Shown here piece after piece: positions 62,859 to 64,000 of a stretch of DNA of 64,000 nt. The notes beneath the pieces are model-generated. The model did not search any database. It saw only the letters and a list, made by a program, of their open reading frames with translations, and had not been told where the DNA came from. The stretch covers positions 21,700,001-21,764,000 of the forward strand of contig NC_043022.1 of the NCBI RefSeq assembly GCF_006345805.1. The letters run 5' to 3'. Within the stretch, counting starts at the first letter, position 1; the number at the start of each line of letters is the position of its first letter. The position numbers were made by a program, and so were the translations under genes. The stretch comes from Octopus sinensis. Lineage: Eukaryota.

Positions 62859-63047
62859 TATATCTAACAGAGATATGCATGACTACACATCAACCACATG
62901 CATATAACCTCATCTGTAGGCTTCACATAACAATAACCAAAAAAATCCCAGCTTATCCAAAATTCTAAACAGAAATGTAAGTTATGGTCATAGCTGTCAT
63001 CCACTGTTATCAGAAATTCCTAACAGAAAAGTAGGTTGGAGATATAC

Positions 63048-63278
63048 CTATTTCTTTATTACCCACAAGGGGCTAAACACAGAGGGGACAAACAAGGACA
63101 GACAAAGGGATTAAGTCGATTACATCGACCCCAGTGCGTAACTGGTACTTAATTTATCGACCCCGAAAGGATGAAAGGCAAAGTCAACCTTGGCGGAATT
63201 TGAACTCACAACGTAATGCAGACGAAATACCGCTAAGCATTTTGCCCGGCATGCTAACGTTTCTGCCAGCTCGACGCC
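63048..63278 (-). mobile_element. SINE family B with target duplication GAGATATAC
   Basis: A 9-bp direct repeat flanks both ends. Confidence 0.9.
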
Positions 63279-64000
63279 TTGAGATATACTTGCTATGCAG
63301 CTGTACACTAACAAGGCAACGGCCTCTGCCATTATCCAGCTACACACACAGTGTTCCAATGCGGTCAGTACTGCTTCCCAGCTACAAGGTGTTAACTAAG
63401 CACCAAAACAATATTTTTATAGGAGACAAGAAGAACATTTGAGAAAAAAACTATGTCATGCTACAGCCTCATATTTATATATTATCAAACAAACTCTTAG
63501 GCTATTGTCTTAGCCTTATTTCACTCAAAGATTAATGAGAAAAAGTTGACCTCTCAGATTTTTTCATGGTATGTGTTGGTCAAAACAATCAGGGAAGTAC
63601 AATTGCTACAGTTCTCAGCTGACTTAATTAAATTGGCAAAATTATAAATTCACAAACAAATATTGTTTGATATCTTTTAGCCATCTGGCGTCTGGCTGAG
63701 GGTCTAGCTTTCTCTGTGTGTGTGCAAATATAGCCTTCTTATCATTTCTATCTATTTAGGTTCTTTTATTGTCTTTCCCTAGTAGATGAAACTAGCTAAC
63801 ACACACAATGGAATCAGAGACAAATATTCTACTGCATCTAGAAAAACACGTCTATACACAAATAACTCGAAGTTTATGTATAATCCTTTTGCTGGAAGAA
63901 CTAGTATTTTCAAGAATATACACCCCACATCTGTGATGTTTTTATCACTTAATCTGTTTATCATAAAAAACCCAAATGTACTGGGTTGAGTCAAACAATT

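Overview
AT-rich, repeat-dense animal DNA. The SINE families look like those I recall from Octopus (cephalopod), but the assignment is from memory and unverified. I found no intact host protein-coding gene; most ORF-track entries are microsatellite or SINE artefacts. The window is a nested transposon graveyard: at least four SINE families, RTE, Tx1, CR1-like and R4-like LINE fragments, three Penelope-like (PLE) fossils, a fragmented Gypsy element, a fragmented Helitron RepHel, mariner/Tc1 and hAT remnants, and piggyBac-like and Merlin-like MITEs. The standout is a 360-bp, ~2.15-copy tandem repeat at 29511-30284 inside a (TA)n tract. Each full unit carries a minimal type I hammerhead ribozyme with a compensatory U3:A8 core and a palindromic stem III, within a hairpin-rich sequence, which fits a candidate retrozyme/circRNA element. 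Other notable items are three dispersed minimal hammerheads whose stem I covaries, a 72-bp near-perfect hairpin, a CCAAT-HSE-TATA promoter cassette inside the Helitron fossil, and a diverged promoter-like duplicate near the window end. Most repeat boundaries are approximate (about 10-30 bp).
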